Origin: Clostridiaceae bacterium | GTDB lineage: Bacteria > Bacillota > Clostridia > Saccharofermentanales > DTU023 | Assembly: GCA_012841015.1 (NCBI GenBank) | Contig: DUVN01000006.1 | Span: 61,472 to 125,471, forward strand | Length of the DNA stretch: 64,000 nucleotides | Direction of reading: 5' to 3' | The notes under the pieces: model-generated | Database searches by the model: none | Seen by the model: the letters and a program-made list of their open reading frames with translations, nothing else | What the model was told of the DNA's origin: nothing | Program-made: the position numbers and the translations under genes | Shown here: in pieces, positions 46,194-54,154 of the stretch | Layout of the letters: each line of letters starts with the position of its first letter | Position numbering within the stretch: position 1 is the stretch's first letter

Positions 46194-46895
46194 TTACTGA
46201 TCTTTCTTGAATGTCAGGTACCAGTCGAGCTGATTGTAATCGTCTTTACCTTTAACCTCCTCAATGCGCTCTTTGATGGCGTCCGTCGTTACCGGAGGAG
46301 GTACGATGACATCCTTACCCGGATGCCAGTTAGCGGGAAGAGCGACGCCTTCAGCGTCGGATTTTTGCAAGCCGATGATAATACGCTTAATCTCATTAAA
46401 GTTTCTCCCGAGAGATGCGGGGTAATAAAGAATTGTTCTCATGATGCCGTCGGGATCAACGAAGAAGACTGCACGTACGGCGGCCGTATCAGATTCGCCT
46501 TGGAGCATGCCGTACTTATTGGCCACTTCCATCTTCACGTCGTCAATAATAGGGAATTTGACTTCAGGATTTTCGATACCGTTCCATGAATAGTTCTTAA
46601 TCGCCGTTACCCAGCCTAAGTGAGCGTGAACGGAGTCGATCGAAAGACCGACGAGTTCTGTATTGAGCGATTGAAATTCCTTATGCATGGAAGCAAAAGT
46701 CATAAATTCTGTCGTGCATACCGGAGTAAAGTCTGCTGGATGGGAAAAGAGGATAACCCATTTTCCTTTGTAATCCTCCGGGAAATTAATCACACCATGT
46801 GTTGTGTTAGCAATGAACGACGGTGCAGGAAGACCGATCAAGGGGAATGATGTCTGTACTTCTGCCTGAATATTCTTGTCACAATTGTTGTCCAT
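46194..46895 (-). CDS. Peroxiredoxin (Prx6/1-Cys-type AhpC-TSA family)
   Basis: LFSHPADFTPVCTTEF, YYPASLGRN and PANWHPG. GGAGG SD. Confidence 0.93.
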   Translation of the reverse strand: MDNNCDKNIQAEVQTSFPLIGLPAPSFIANTTHGVINFPEDYKGKWVILFSHPADFTPVCTTEFMTFASMHKEFQSLNTELVGLSIDSVHAHLGWVTAIKNYSWNGIENPEVKFPIIDDVKMEVANKYGMLQGESDTAAVRAVFFVDPDGIMRTILYYPASLGRNFNEIKRIIIGLQKSDAEGVALPANWHPGKDVIVPPPVTTDAIKERIEEVKGKDDYNQLDWYLTFKKDQ

Positions 46896-47011
46896 AATAA
46901 CCTCCGAAAATATTTATAATGTTTAATATCGCCATTTTAGACTGTAATTTAATACTAAGATAAACATCAAAAAATTGCTGTAAGGCTGGTTACATCTATA
47001 TAGAGAACACC

Positions 47012-47119
47012 TTATGTGCTTGGCCCTAAATTCGATAGTAATAGAGGTAAGATTAAAGATAAAACGACTGCGATGACGATGATGATTATCAGAATTCTTT
47101 GTTTCTTTTTCGCTCTCAT
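47012..47119 (-). CDS. 35-aa single-TM microprotein (MRAKKKQRILIIIIVIAVVLSLILPLLLSNLGPST)
   Basis: Not in the ORF track. AAAGGAG SD 7 nt before the ATG, extended -10 TGGTATAAT at 47192-47184, basic N-terminus plus hydrophobic helix. Confidence 0.75.
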   Translation of the reverse strand: MRAKKKQRILIIIIVIAVVLSLILPLLLSNLGPST

Positions 47120-47247
47120 ACTAGCACTCCTTTCCCCTAAATTAGACGAAATAATGAGCTCTTCGAGCAACTAATCAAATCAAATTATACCAATACTTTA
47201 GCATGAAAATCGCGAGTGCGAATTTTTCTTTTAGTATTCTTAGCCAA

Positions 47248-47345
47248 CGGATTTCCCTAGACACTGGGCTTGCTGATAAACATGAAAAGAAGCCCCTGCC
47301 CGTCTCTCGGACTTTCTCTTGACACTGGGCTCGCTGGTAACAAGA
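47248..47345. repeat. Two-copy ~38-bp degenerate direct repeat
   Basis: CGGA-TTTCCCTAGACACTGGGCTTGCTGATAAACATGA (47248-47285) vs CGGACTTTCTCTTGACACTGGGCTCGCTGGTAA-CAAGA (47308-47345), 22-bp spacer. Confidence 0.6.
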
Positions 47346-47635
47346 GTTCGTTTGTATGCTCGGAGCAGACAAATGAGTTCTAGCCTGCTTTAAAATATTG
47401 GTTAGAGTAAGACACTTTTGGGGAACGCGCAGGAGACTCGCTGCCTTCGTTCCATGTTGGCTAGAAGTTGCGGGAAATAGCAATGAATGATGATGCTTGA
47501 GGGCACACGATGGCGTTATGCTGTAAAATGCTTGACCACAAGAACAATATTCATGCTAACGAGCTGCGGTCAAAAGCAGGTAATAGACTGAAAGAAGCCG
47601 AGTCATCAATGCATTACGAAAGGTGGTGAAATCGT

Positions 47636-49375
47636 TTGTCCGATATAGCAAATTTTCTGCAATCATACAACGAGGCCCTTCAGCAGGAAATCGCGGGTGC
47701 AGATTTGCCCTTTGGGCTCAAGGAGCAATTCACCTTTGACAGCCTAGAGAAAAGACAGTCAGGTCGCGAAGTCTATTTTGTGACCCGGAAATGGGATGGT
47801 AAACGTGCAGTTCTTCGCATTACTAGTCAGGGCTGTGGAGATAACGCGATCGCCGAAGCAACAATACTTTCAAAACTTGACCACCCGGCCATACCTAAAA
47901 CATTCGGAGTGTGGGAGCATAACGGGCGCGGTTTTATTGTGCGCGAATACTTTGAAGGTGATGATCTATCCACTTATGTTCGCAAGCGTGGACCTTTGAG
48001 TTTCGAAATGCTGACTGATGTAGCTCTCCGGTTGTGCGATATTTTAAGTTACATTCACGGGCAAAGCCCTACTGTTATCCATCGGGATATTAAGCCGGAA
48101 AACATCATCATTTCCGGGAGGAACGATGTAAAACTGATCGATTTTGGAATTGCCCGTGATTTTCGGCAAGAAACGAGCAGCGCGGAATACGCAAGAGACA
48201 CGCAGGTAGCTGGAACAAGACCGTACATGCCCCCGGAACAATTTGGTAGTGAACAGAGCGATAATCGGACTGATCTCTATGCGTTGGGCGTGGTCATGAT
48301 ATTCATGGCGACGGGCAAGCCGGATAGGATGAACCTTAAAAGCGTCTATCCTTATAAAGGCTTGATTCCTATAATTGAGAAGTGTATTCGTAAAGATCGT
48401 GACCTGCGGTATAAAACGGCGGCTCAGCTTAAGAAGCACATTCTATGGGTGCGGCGTAGGCTGACGCGGAAAATCCTGTTATGTGTCTTGCTGTGCGCAG
48501 GGCTTGCTGTCTCCTTTTTGATAGGGCTCTTTGTTGGGCGTACACAGGGCTTCCACAGCGGCATTGCTTCAATTATGGACTCTCCCACCGCGCGAAATCA
48601 GCCGTTTACACAGGAGGAATTAGATCAACCAGTCACGTTTTCCAGCTCTTATATTGAAATGGCCGTGCGGCTTGTACTGAACAAGGATGAGTCGGCAACG
48701 ATTCTGCGTCGTGAGATAACCAGCAGAATGCAAGATATTTGCATATACGGAACATACATCATCCATCCATCGCTTGACGTTTCTCTCATCAAGATGCACT
48801 TGGGGAAAGGCACGGTCCAATACAGAACAGATGATGGTTTTCGTCCGGATCGAGGCGATATTAGTTCGCTCGAAGATATACCGAACATGTACTACCTGCA
48901 AAATCTGACGTTAACCTCGCAATCGATCTCTGATTTGTCACCTCTTACAGGGATGAAACTTAAGACAATAAATTTGAGTGACAATTATGTGGGGAACCTT
49001 CTACCTCTCAAAGACATGGTGATGTTGCAGGAACTAGATCTTTGCCAAAATCCTTTGAAGGATTTAACACCACTTTCTCGCTTACTGTCCTTGGAATCTC
49101 TAGATATAAGCCAAACACAGGTGACGAATTTAAAGCCGCTTGCGGAGCTTACGAAGCTAGAAACATTGAAGCTCGCCTATTGCGGGGTGAAGGAAATAGG
49201 AGTCTTGGCAGGGCTTTCAAGCTTGAGGGAAGTCGATTTGAGCCATACTCTCGTTACGGACCTTTCACCGCTCATAAGGGAGGATGATCCTATTACAGTA
49301 TATTGCTCTGGGCTTAGAGATGAAGTGATCGGGGCGGTCAGAGATAATCCAGGCATTGTTTTAATTGAAGAATAG
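47636..49375 (+). CDS. Hanks-type Ser/Thr kinase - TM - leucine-rich repeat (internalin-like) protein
   Basis: HRDIKPEN, DFG, GTRPYMPPE and DLYALG; TM (ILLCVLLCAGLAVSFLIGLFV); 22-aa LRRs (LQELDLCQNPLKDLTPLSRLLSLESLDISQTQVTNLKPL). AAAGGTGGT SD before TTG. Confidence 0.88.
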   Translation: MSDIANFLQSYNEALQQEIAGADLPFGLKEQFTFDSLEKRQSGREVYFVTRKWDGKRAVLRITSQGCGDNAIAEATILSKLDHPAIPKTFGVWEHNGRGFIVREYFEGDDLSTYVRKRGPLSFEMLTDVALRLCDILSYIHGQSPTVIHRDIKPENIIISGRNDVKLIDFGIARDFRQETSSAEYARDTQVAGTRPYMPPEQFGSEQSDNRTDLYALGVVMIFMATGKPDRMNLKSVYPYKGLIPIIEKCIRKDRDLRYKTAAQLKKHILWVRRRLTRKILLCVLLCAGLAVSFLIGLFVGRTQGFHSGIASIMDSPTARNQPFTQEELDQPVTFSSSYIEMAVRLVLNKDESATILRREITSRMQDICIYGTYIIHPSLDVSLIKMHLGKGTVQYRTDDGFRPDRGDISSLEDIPNMYYLQNLTLTSQSISDLSPLTGMKLKTINLSDNYVGNLLPLKDMVMLQELDLCQNPLKDLTPLSRLLSLESLDISQTQVTNLKPLAELTKLETLKLAYCGVKEIGVLAGLSSLREVDLSHTLVTDLSPLIREDDPITVYCSGLRDEVIGAVRDNPGIVLIEE

Positions 49376-49518
49376 GGCACAGGGACGGTCCATTTCGTAC
49401 TAGGCTTGGTATTACAAAAGGCATATTTGCAAAGGGTGTAGTTAACGATGGACTTGCCATTTGAAATAAATAAGCGAGCGATCTCAATAGCTTTCTACTG
49501 CTTTAAGAACACTCGCTA

Positions 49519-49605
49519 TGGTGCGGAAAACAGGACTTGAACCTGCATGATCTCTTGATCACTAGAACCTGAATCTAGCGCGTCTGCCACTTCCGCCATT
49601 TCCGC
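49519..49605 (-). tRNA. tRNA-Leu (anticodon CAG)
   Basis: GCGGAAA...TTTCCGC-ACCA, CTAGA-TTCAGGT-TCTAG anticodon arm, long variable arm. Confidence 0.96.
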
Positions 49606-49608
49606 ATT

Positions 49609-49683
49609 TGGTGACCCCAAGGAGAGTCGAACTCCTGATTCCGCCTTGAGAGGGCGGCGTCTTGACCACTTGACCATGGGGCC
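49609..49683 (-). tRNA. tRNA-Glu (anticodon CTC)
   Basis: GGCCCCA...TGGGGTC-ACCA, CCGCC-CTCTCAA-GGCGG anticodon arm, GTTCGACTC T-loop. Confidence 0.96.
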
Positions 49684-49699
49684 ACAAACGACTTTTTGG

Positions 49700-49728
49700 A
49701 TTATAACATGCTCATTCCGTTCCCGCAA
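49700..49728 (-). promoter_or_regulatory. sigmaA promoter of tRNA-Glu/tRNA-Leu
   Basis: TTGCGG-17 bp-TATAAT with an extended TG. Confidence 0.7.
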
Positions 49729-49778
49729 CAACTGAGATATTCAACAGACTAGTCAGTCATTTGGTTCGAGAGAGCCTT

Positions 49779-51206
49779 CTATAGCTTGTGAACGAGTTGG
49801 CGGAAATAATTGCCGCGCTCTTCAAAATGGTGGAATTTGTCATAGCTTGTTCCGGCAGGCGAGAGAAGAACGGAGCCTCCGGGAACGGCTAGCGTGAGTG
49901 CCTTGTCGACGGCCTGCTCGTAGTTATCGACTCGAAGCAAGGTAAGAGCATCAAAATTGAAATTGGCGTCATCAGTTTCACGACGGATGATGTCCTCGAT
50001 CAGGTCGGCATTTTGCCCTGTCAGGATAATGTTCGATGTCGTCGACGCGATCGCCCTGCCAAGTCCCGTGTAGTCGCTTTCCTTATCTTGTCCGCCAGCG
50101 ATTAAGACGGGTCGCTCGTTGCGTTCACGAAATGCGGCCAGAGTCTTCATCGTTCTGGAAGGGGAGCTGTCGACGGAACTGTTGTACCAGCGAATACCGT
50201 TAAACTCTCGAATGAGCTCCATACGATGATCTACACCTCTGAAGGTTCTTGCGACAGTTCTTACGTCATCTAAAGAGACATCATCGGCTGTCGCAACGGC
50301 TGCTGCCATCAGGTTTTCAAGATTGAAGGTCCCTGGCAACAACACGTCTTTTTCTTCTATGATTGCCTCTGGCAGAGATGTCGGTGAGCGTTTCAGATAG
50401 AGCATTCCTGCTTCTCGCCATGCCGTCACATCGTTTCCGGCATCTTTTGTATTGAAATAACGCGTTCGCCCACACGCTTCTCCGATGAAGCGTGATGAAA
50501 CTTTATCTGTCGCGTTGAGAGTCAACGTATCAGTAATCCCTTGCGCGCGGAAGATATTTTTCTTCGCATCAACGTATTCAGTGAAATCGAGATGAAAATC
50601 GAGATGGTTCGGGATGATGTTGGTGATGACGGCGTGGTTTACAACGGGGAGCGCGTCCATCAGCTGGAAGCTCGACAATTCGAGGACGACACGATCTGCT
50701 GAGTGTATCTTTTCAATTTGATCGAGGAGTGGTACGCCGATATTGCCACCTGTAAACACACGATGTCCCGCTTTCTGGAGAATCAGGCTGATGAGTGTTG
50801 TCGTCGTCGTTTTGCCATCACTCCCGGTGACTCCGTACAGCGGAGCAGGGCAAAGCTCCATGAGCAAAGCGATCTCCGAGGTGACAACGGCACCGTGATT
50901 CCGTTCGCGTATGAGCTCAGGGAGATCTGTTCGCATTCGCGGCGTGCGAAAGATGAGATCGAAGCCCTGAAGCTCATCAAGATAACGGTCGCCCGTTGAC
51001 CAATGAAGGTCGATACCGTCGCGCTTGAAGTCTCCTTGAATGTTGAGAAGTCTCTCATCGTCAGACCTCATCATGTCGAAAACGGTGATGTCATCGTTCT
51101 TGGGATATAACCAGCGGATGAGCGGGCGATTGCTTATACCAGCACCGATCACGGCGACTCTTTTACCGTGTAAAAACTGTTCAAATTGTGATAATGTGGC
51201 TTTCAT
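49779..51206 (-). CDS. murD: UDP-N-acetylmuramoyl-L-alanine:D-glutamate ligase
   Basis: VTGSDGKTTT, GGNIG, LELSSFQL, NHLDFH, HRME and LLSPAGTSYD. ATG 51206 follows a GGGAGA SD. Confidence 0.95.
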   Translation of the reverse strand: MKATLSQFEQFLHGKRVAVIGAGISNRPLIRWLYPKNDDITVFDMMRSDDERLLNIQGDFKRDGIDLHWSTGDRYLDELQGFDLIFRTPRMRTDLPELIRERNHGAVVTSEIALLMELCPAPLYGVTGSDGKTTTTTLISLILQKAGHRVFTGGNIGVPLLDQIEKIHSADRVVLELSSFQLMDALPVVNHAVITNIIPNHLDFHLDFTEYVDAKKNIFRAQGITDTLTLNATDKVSSRFIGEACGRTRYFNTKDAGNDVTAWREAGMLYLKRSPTSLPEAIIEEKDVLLPGTFNLENLMAAAVATADDVSLDDVRTVARTFRGVDHRMELIREFNGIRWYNSSVDSSPSRTMKTLAAFRERNERPVLIAGGQDKESDYTGLGRAIASTTSNIILTGQNADLIEDIIRRETDDANFNFDALTLLRVDNYEQAVDKALTLAVPGGSVLLSPAGTSYDKFHHFEERGNYFRQLVHKL

Positions 51207-51318
51207 ACCGTCATCTCCCATTCATTTGGTCACTCGCCTCATGGTATCACAGAGTAAGAGGCGTTCTGTTCAAAATCAGCTAAGCAGATTGCCGGGTCTT
51301 ATGTTCTGGACCTTGAGT

Positions 51319-53445
51319 TCACAGGACATGTTGCTTTTTGCTGCGGATCTTAAGCAGCGCAAGAAAGAGAGCGATGAGAGCGATCAATCCTACAAGCGAT
51401 GCTAGAAACAGTGGGATGGATTTTCCAAACAAAAGTGCTAAACGATACGCGATAAAAGCGATACTCCACGCAAAGATTGTCTGAAATGCGACGATCAGGA
51501 AGAGTCCGCCACGTATAGCAAGTTCGCGGTGCATGACAGCGACGGCGGCAGCACAGGGGGTATAGAGAAGTATAAAGATGAGAAAGGAGATGGCTGCCGG
51601 TGTCGTCAATAGCTGCTGAAGCGATTCGGTGAGAGTTAAATCCGATCCGGAAATTGCGACGGTCAGCGTGCTGATGATCGTCTCCTTAGCAGAGAATCCC
51701 GCAAGGAGGGCACTGACGGCGGGTGTACTGTTGAAGCCTAATGGAGCGAAAATCGGAGCAATTTTACTGGCAATGACAGCAAGCATGCTCGACTCGGGAG
51801 AGGCCGCAGGATAAAAACGAAAATCATACGTTTCGAGTACCCAGATGAGGAGTGTGACGAGCAAGATAACAGTGAAAGCTCTGACCATAAACTCCTTCGC
51901 ATGGCGCTTGACGAGTCTGCCCAACGACGTCAAAGAAGGAAAACGGTAAGGAGGGAGTTCGAGCAGAAAAGGAGATGCTTCGCCGCGAAAGACGGTGCGC
52001 CGTAAAAAGAGTGCCGTGATAACACCGAGGACGATTCCGAGAAGATAAAGGCCAGGAATGACAAGTGCTACGTGGTTAGGGAAGATCGCTGCAGCAATCA
52101 GTCCATAGACGGGGATTTTCGCCGAACAACTCATAAAGGGCACGAGAAGGACTGTCAATAAACGATCGCGCCTAGAGGGGAGCGTACGTGTTGCCATGAC
52201 AGCAGGAACAGAACAACCAAATCCAAGCAATAGTGGTACAATGCTCGCGCCTGAAAGACCTATCTTGCGCATCAATCGGTCCATAATAAAAGCAACACGT
52301 GCCATGTAACCTGTGACTTCCAATAAAGATAAGAGAAAAAAGAGTACCAAGATCATCGGCAAAAAGGAGACGACGCTTCCGACACCGCTGAAGATGCCGT
52401 CGATGACGAGTGACTGGATGGTAGGGTTAATTTCGGCTTTTGACATGGCGACGCCGACGTATTCTCCGAACTTAGAAATAGCGTCAGCAAATACATCATT
52501 GAGAAACTGACCGAACGGACCGAAAGAAATCCACGATACTGCCGTCATCACGGCTAGAAAAATCGGGATACCAAACCATCGGTGGAGCAGTATACGATCA
52601 AGCGTCAAGGTTACAGAGGGGGCTTCTTCGTAACTTGGATATTTTGATCGCAGAACCTTCGATTCGACTTCACCGATGAATGCGTAGCGCATATCGGCGA
52701 GCGCTGCCAGTCGGTCAGTCTCAAGGTCGCGCTCCATCTCGACAACGATATGCTCGACAGCTTCAAGTTCATTTTGGTTGAGGCCGAGTTCCGGTACGAA
52801 GAGCTCATCACCTTCGATCAATTTCGTCGCTGCAAATCGCGGTGTCACCCCGACTTCTTCAGCATGATCCTCAATCATTACACTGATGGCGTGGATTGCT
52901 CTGTGTACGGGACCGCTACAAAGATCTGGTTTGAGAGGCTTCGTTCCGTTGATTGCCGTTTCCATTGAGACGCGCATGTATTCAGACACGCCCTCATTCT
53001 GGCTCGCTGAAATGGCGACGACAGGGATCCCGAGCTCCTTAGACAGTTGATCGACATCGACTTGTCGCCCGAGAGCAGGCATTTCATCGATCATGTTGAG
53101 AGCTACCGTCATAGGGATATCGAGCTCAATTAGTTGCAACGTGAGGTAAAGTCCGCGCTCTAGACTCGTCGCATCGACGACGTTAAGGATGCAATCAGGT
53201 GTCTCTTTTATCAGGAAGTTGCGGCTAATAACTTCTTCCGGTGAATAAGGTGATAGCGAGTAAATGCCGGGGAGGTCAACAATTTCCGAATCGGGATAAT
53301 CACGAATATAACCTGACTTACGTTCTACTGTGACGCCCGGGAAATTCGAGACGTGTAGCTGACTTCCAGTCAATCGGTTAAACAAAGTTGTTTTACCTGA
53401 GTTTTGATTGCCCATCAGGGCAAACGTTAACGATTCCTTTGCCAT
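51319..53445 (-). CDS. feoB: Ferrous iron transporter B
   Basis: GNQNSGKT, NFPGVTVE, DLPGIYSL, NMID, GFGCSVPA, FMSCSAK and LYTPC. Confidence 0.96.
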   Translation of the reverse strand: MAKESLTFALMGNQNSGKTTLFNRLTGSQLHVSNFPGVTVERKSGYIRDYPDSEIVDLPGIYSLSPYSPEEVISRNFLIKETPDCILNVVDATSLERGLYLTLQLIELDIPMTVALNMIDEMPALGRQVDVDQLSKELGIPVVAISASQNEGVSEYMRVSMETAINGTKPLKPDLCSGPVHRAIHAISVMIEDHAEEVGVTPRFAATKLIEGDELFVPELGLNQNELEAVEHIVVEMERDLETDRLAALADMRYAFIGEVESKVLRSKYPSYEEAPSVTLTLDRILLHRWFGIPIFLAVMTAVSWISFGPFGQFLNDVFADAISKFGEYVGVAMSKAEINPTIQSLVIDGIFSGVGSVVSFLPMILVLFFLLSLLEVTGYMARVAFIMDRLMRKIGLSGASIVPLLLGFGCSVPAVMATRTLPSRRDRLLTVLLVPFMSCSAKIPVYGLIAAAIFPNHVALVIPGLYLLGIVLGVITALFLRRTVFRGEASPFLLELPPYRFPSLTSLGRLVKRHAKEFMVRAFTVILLVTLLIWVLETYDFRFYPAASPESSMLAVIASKIAPIFAPLGFNSTPAVSALLAGFSAKETIISTLTVAISGSDLTLTESLQQLLTTPAAISFLIFILLYTPCAAAVAVMHRELAIRGGLFLIVAFQTIFAWSIAFIAYRLALLFGKSIPLFLASLVGLIALIALFLALLKIRSKKQHVL

Positions 53446-53861
53446 CTCCTACGCTTTCTTTTTGTCATCAATTGATCACGGCACAATGATTGGTGGATAC
53501 ATGTTCTGTTATCGACTGCGCCGCTTTGCATGGGGTGAGGTGCAGAAGTATCGGTGACTGAGAAGTCTTCAAGAAAAGTGCTGTTGCTATATTCACAAAT
53601 TCCATGTCTTTGGCATTGTTGTACACAAGGGCTCGTCGGAAGAAGTTCAACTTCGATGTCAGAAGCGGCTTCCTCGCGTAGCGAAAGATTATAGCCACGA
53701 AGGCACAGCTCGATCGGATCACCGAGAGGTGCCACGCGCACAAGTTTAACAATCGTGTTGGGAGTAAGTCCCATGTCGAGCAATCGGCGGCGCAATTCTC
53801 CGCCCCCATTCACGCGCACGATTCGAGCACATTGCCCGATACGCAAATCACTAAGAACCAA
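53427..53861 (-). CDS. feoA: FeoA with Cys-rich C-terminal extension
   Basis: RRRLLDMGL.P...V...APLGDP......GYNLSLR. AAGGAG SD before TTG. Confidence 0.9.
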   Translation of the reverse strand: MVLSDLRIGQCARIVRVNGGGELRRRLLDMGLTPNTIVKLVRVAPLGDPIELCLRGYNLSLREEAASDIEVELLPTSPCVQQCQRHGICEYSNSTFLEDFSVTDTSAPHPMQSGAVDNRTCIHQSLCRDQLMTKRKRRRWQRNR

Positions 53862-54139
53862 CGCGAACTCTCCTTTTTTATCGAGTTGAATCTGTCAAGA
53901 ATTAACTTGATATCCACCATATTATCACGAATTGTGAGAAAAATAGTTACCGCTGACGATCAGGCCAATCAATCCCAGCTCATAGAGGCCCAACGTACTT
54001 CGCATGTGTCTCTGTCTCTGGTTTAATAAGTGCCCACACCATCGTAAGCCGATCATGCCTAGCATGCGCCGTTGTCGTAAAAAGGAGCAGTTTAAGCACA
54101 TTCTTTCGTACGTACGACACAATCAGGATAAGTCGCCTA

Positions 54140-54148
54140 TGATAAAAT
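54140..54148 (+). promoter_or_regulatory. Extended -10 element placing +1 at the uvrA ATG (leaderless-type)
   Basis: TGATAAAAT followed by exactly 6 nt and then ATG 54155. No SD. Confidence 0.55.
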
Positions 54149-54154
54149 TGATAC

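Noticed and set aside
47121-47147. CIRCE-like half site CTAGCACTC (also GAGTGCTGG at 57051)
   Set aside because: Only half sites, without a partner arm at 9-bp spacing; the first overlaps the microprotein SD region.
47175-47483. 102-aa minus-strand ORF in the spacer
   Set aside because: No recognisable domain or clear SD, and it runs through a direct repeat and the microprotein promoter.
46194-49518. Intact genomic island integrated at tRNA-Leu
   Set aside because: No integrase and no duplicated tRNA 3' end found; at most an eroded accessory patch.
49516-49731. 71-aa ORF over tRNA-Glu/Leu
   Set aside because: Translation of tRNA genes.
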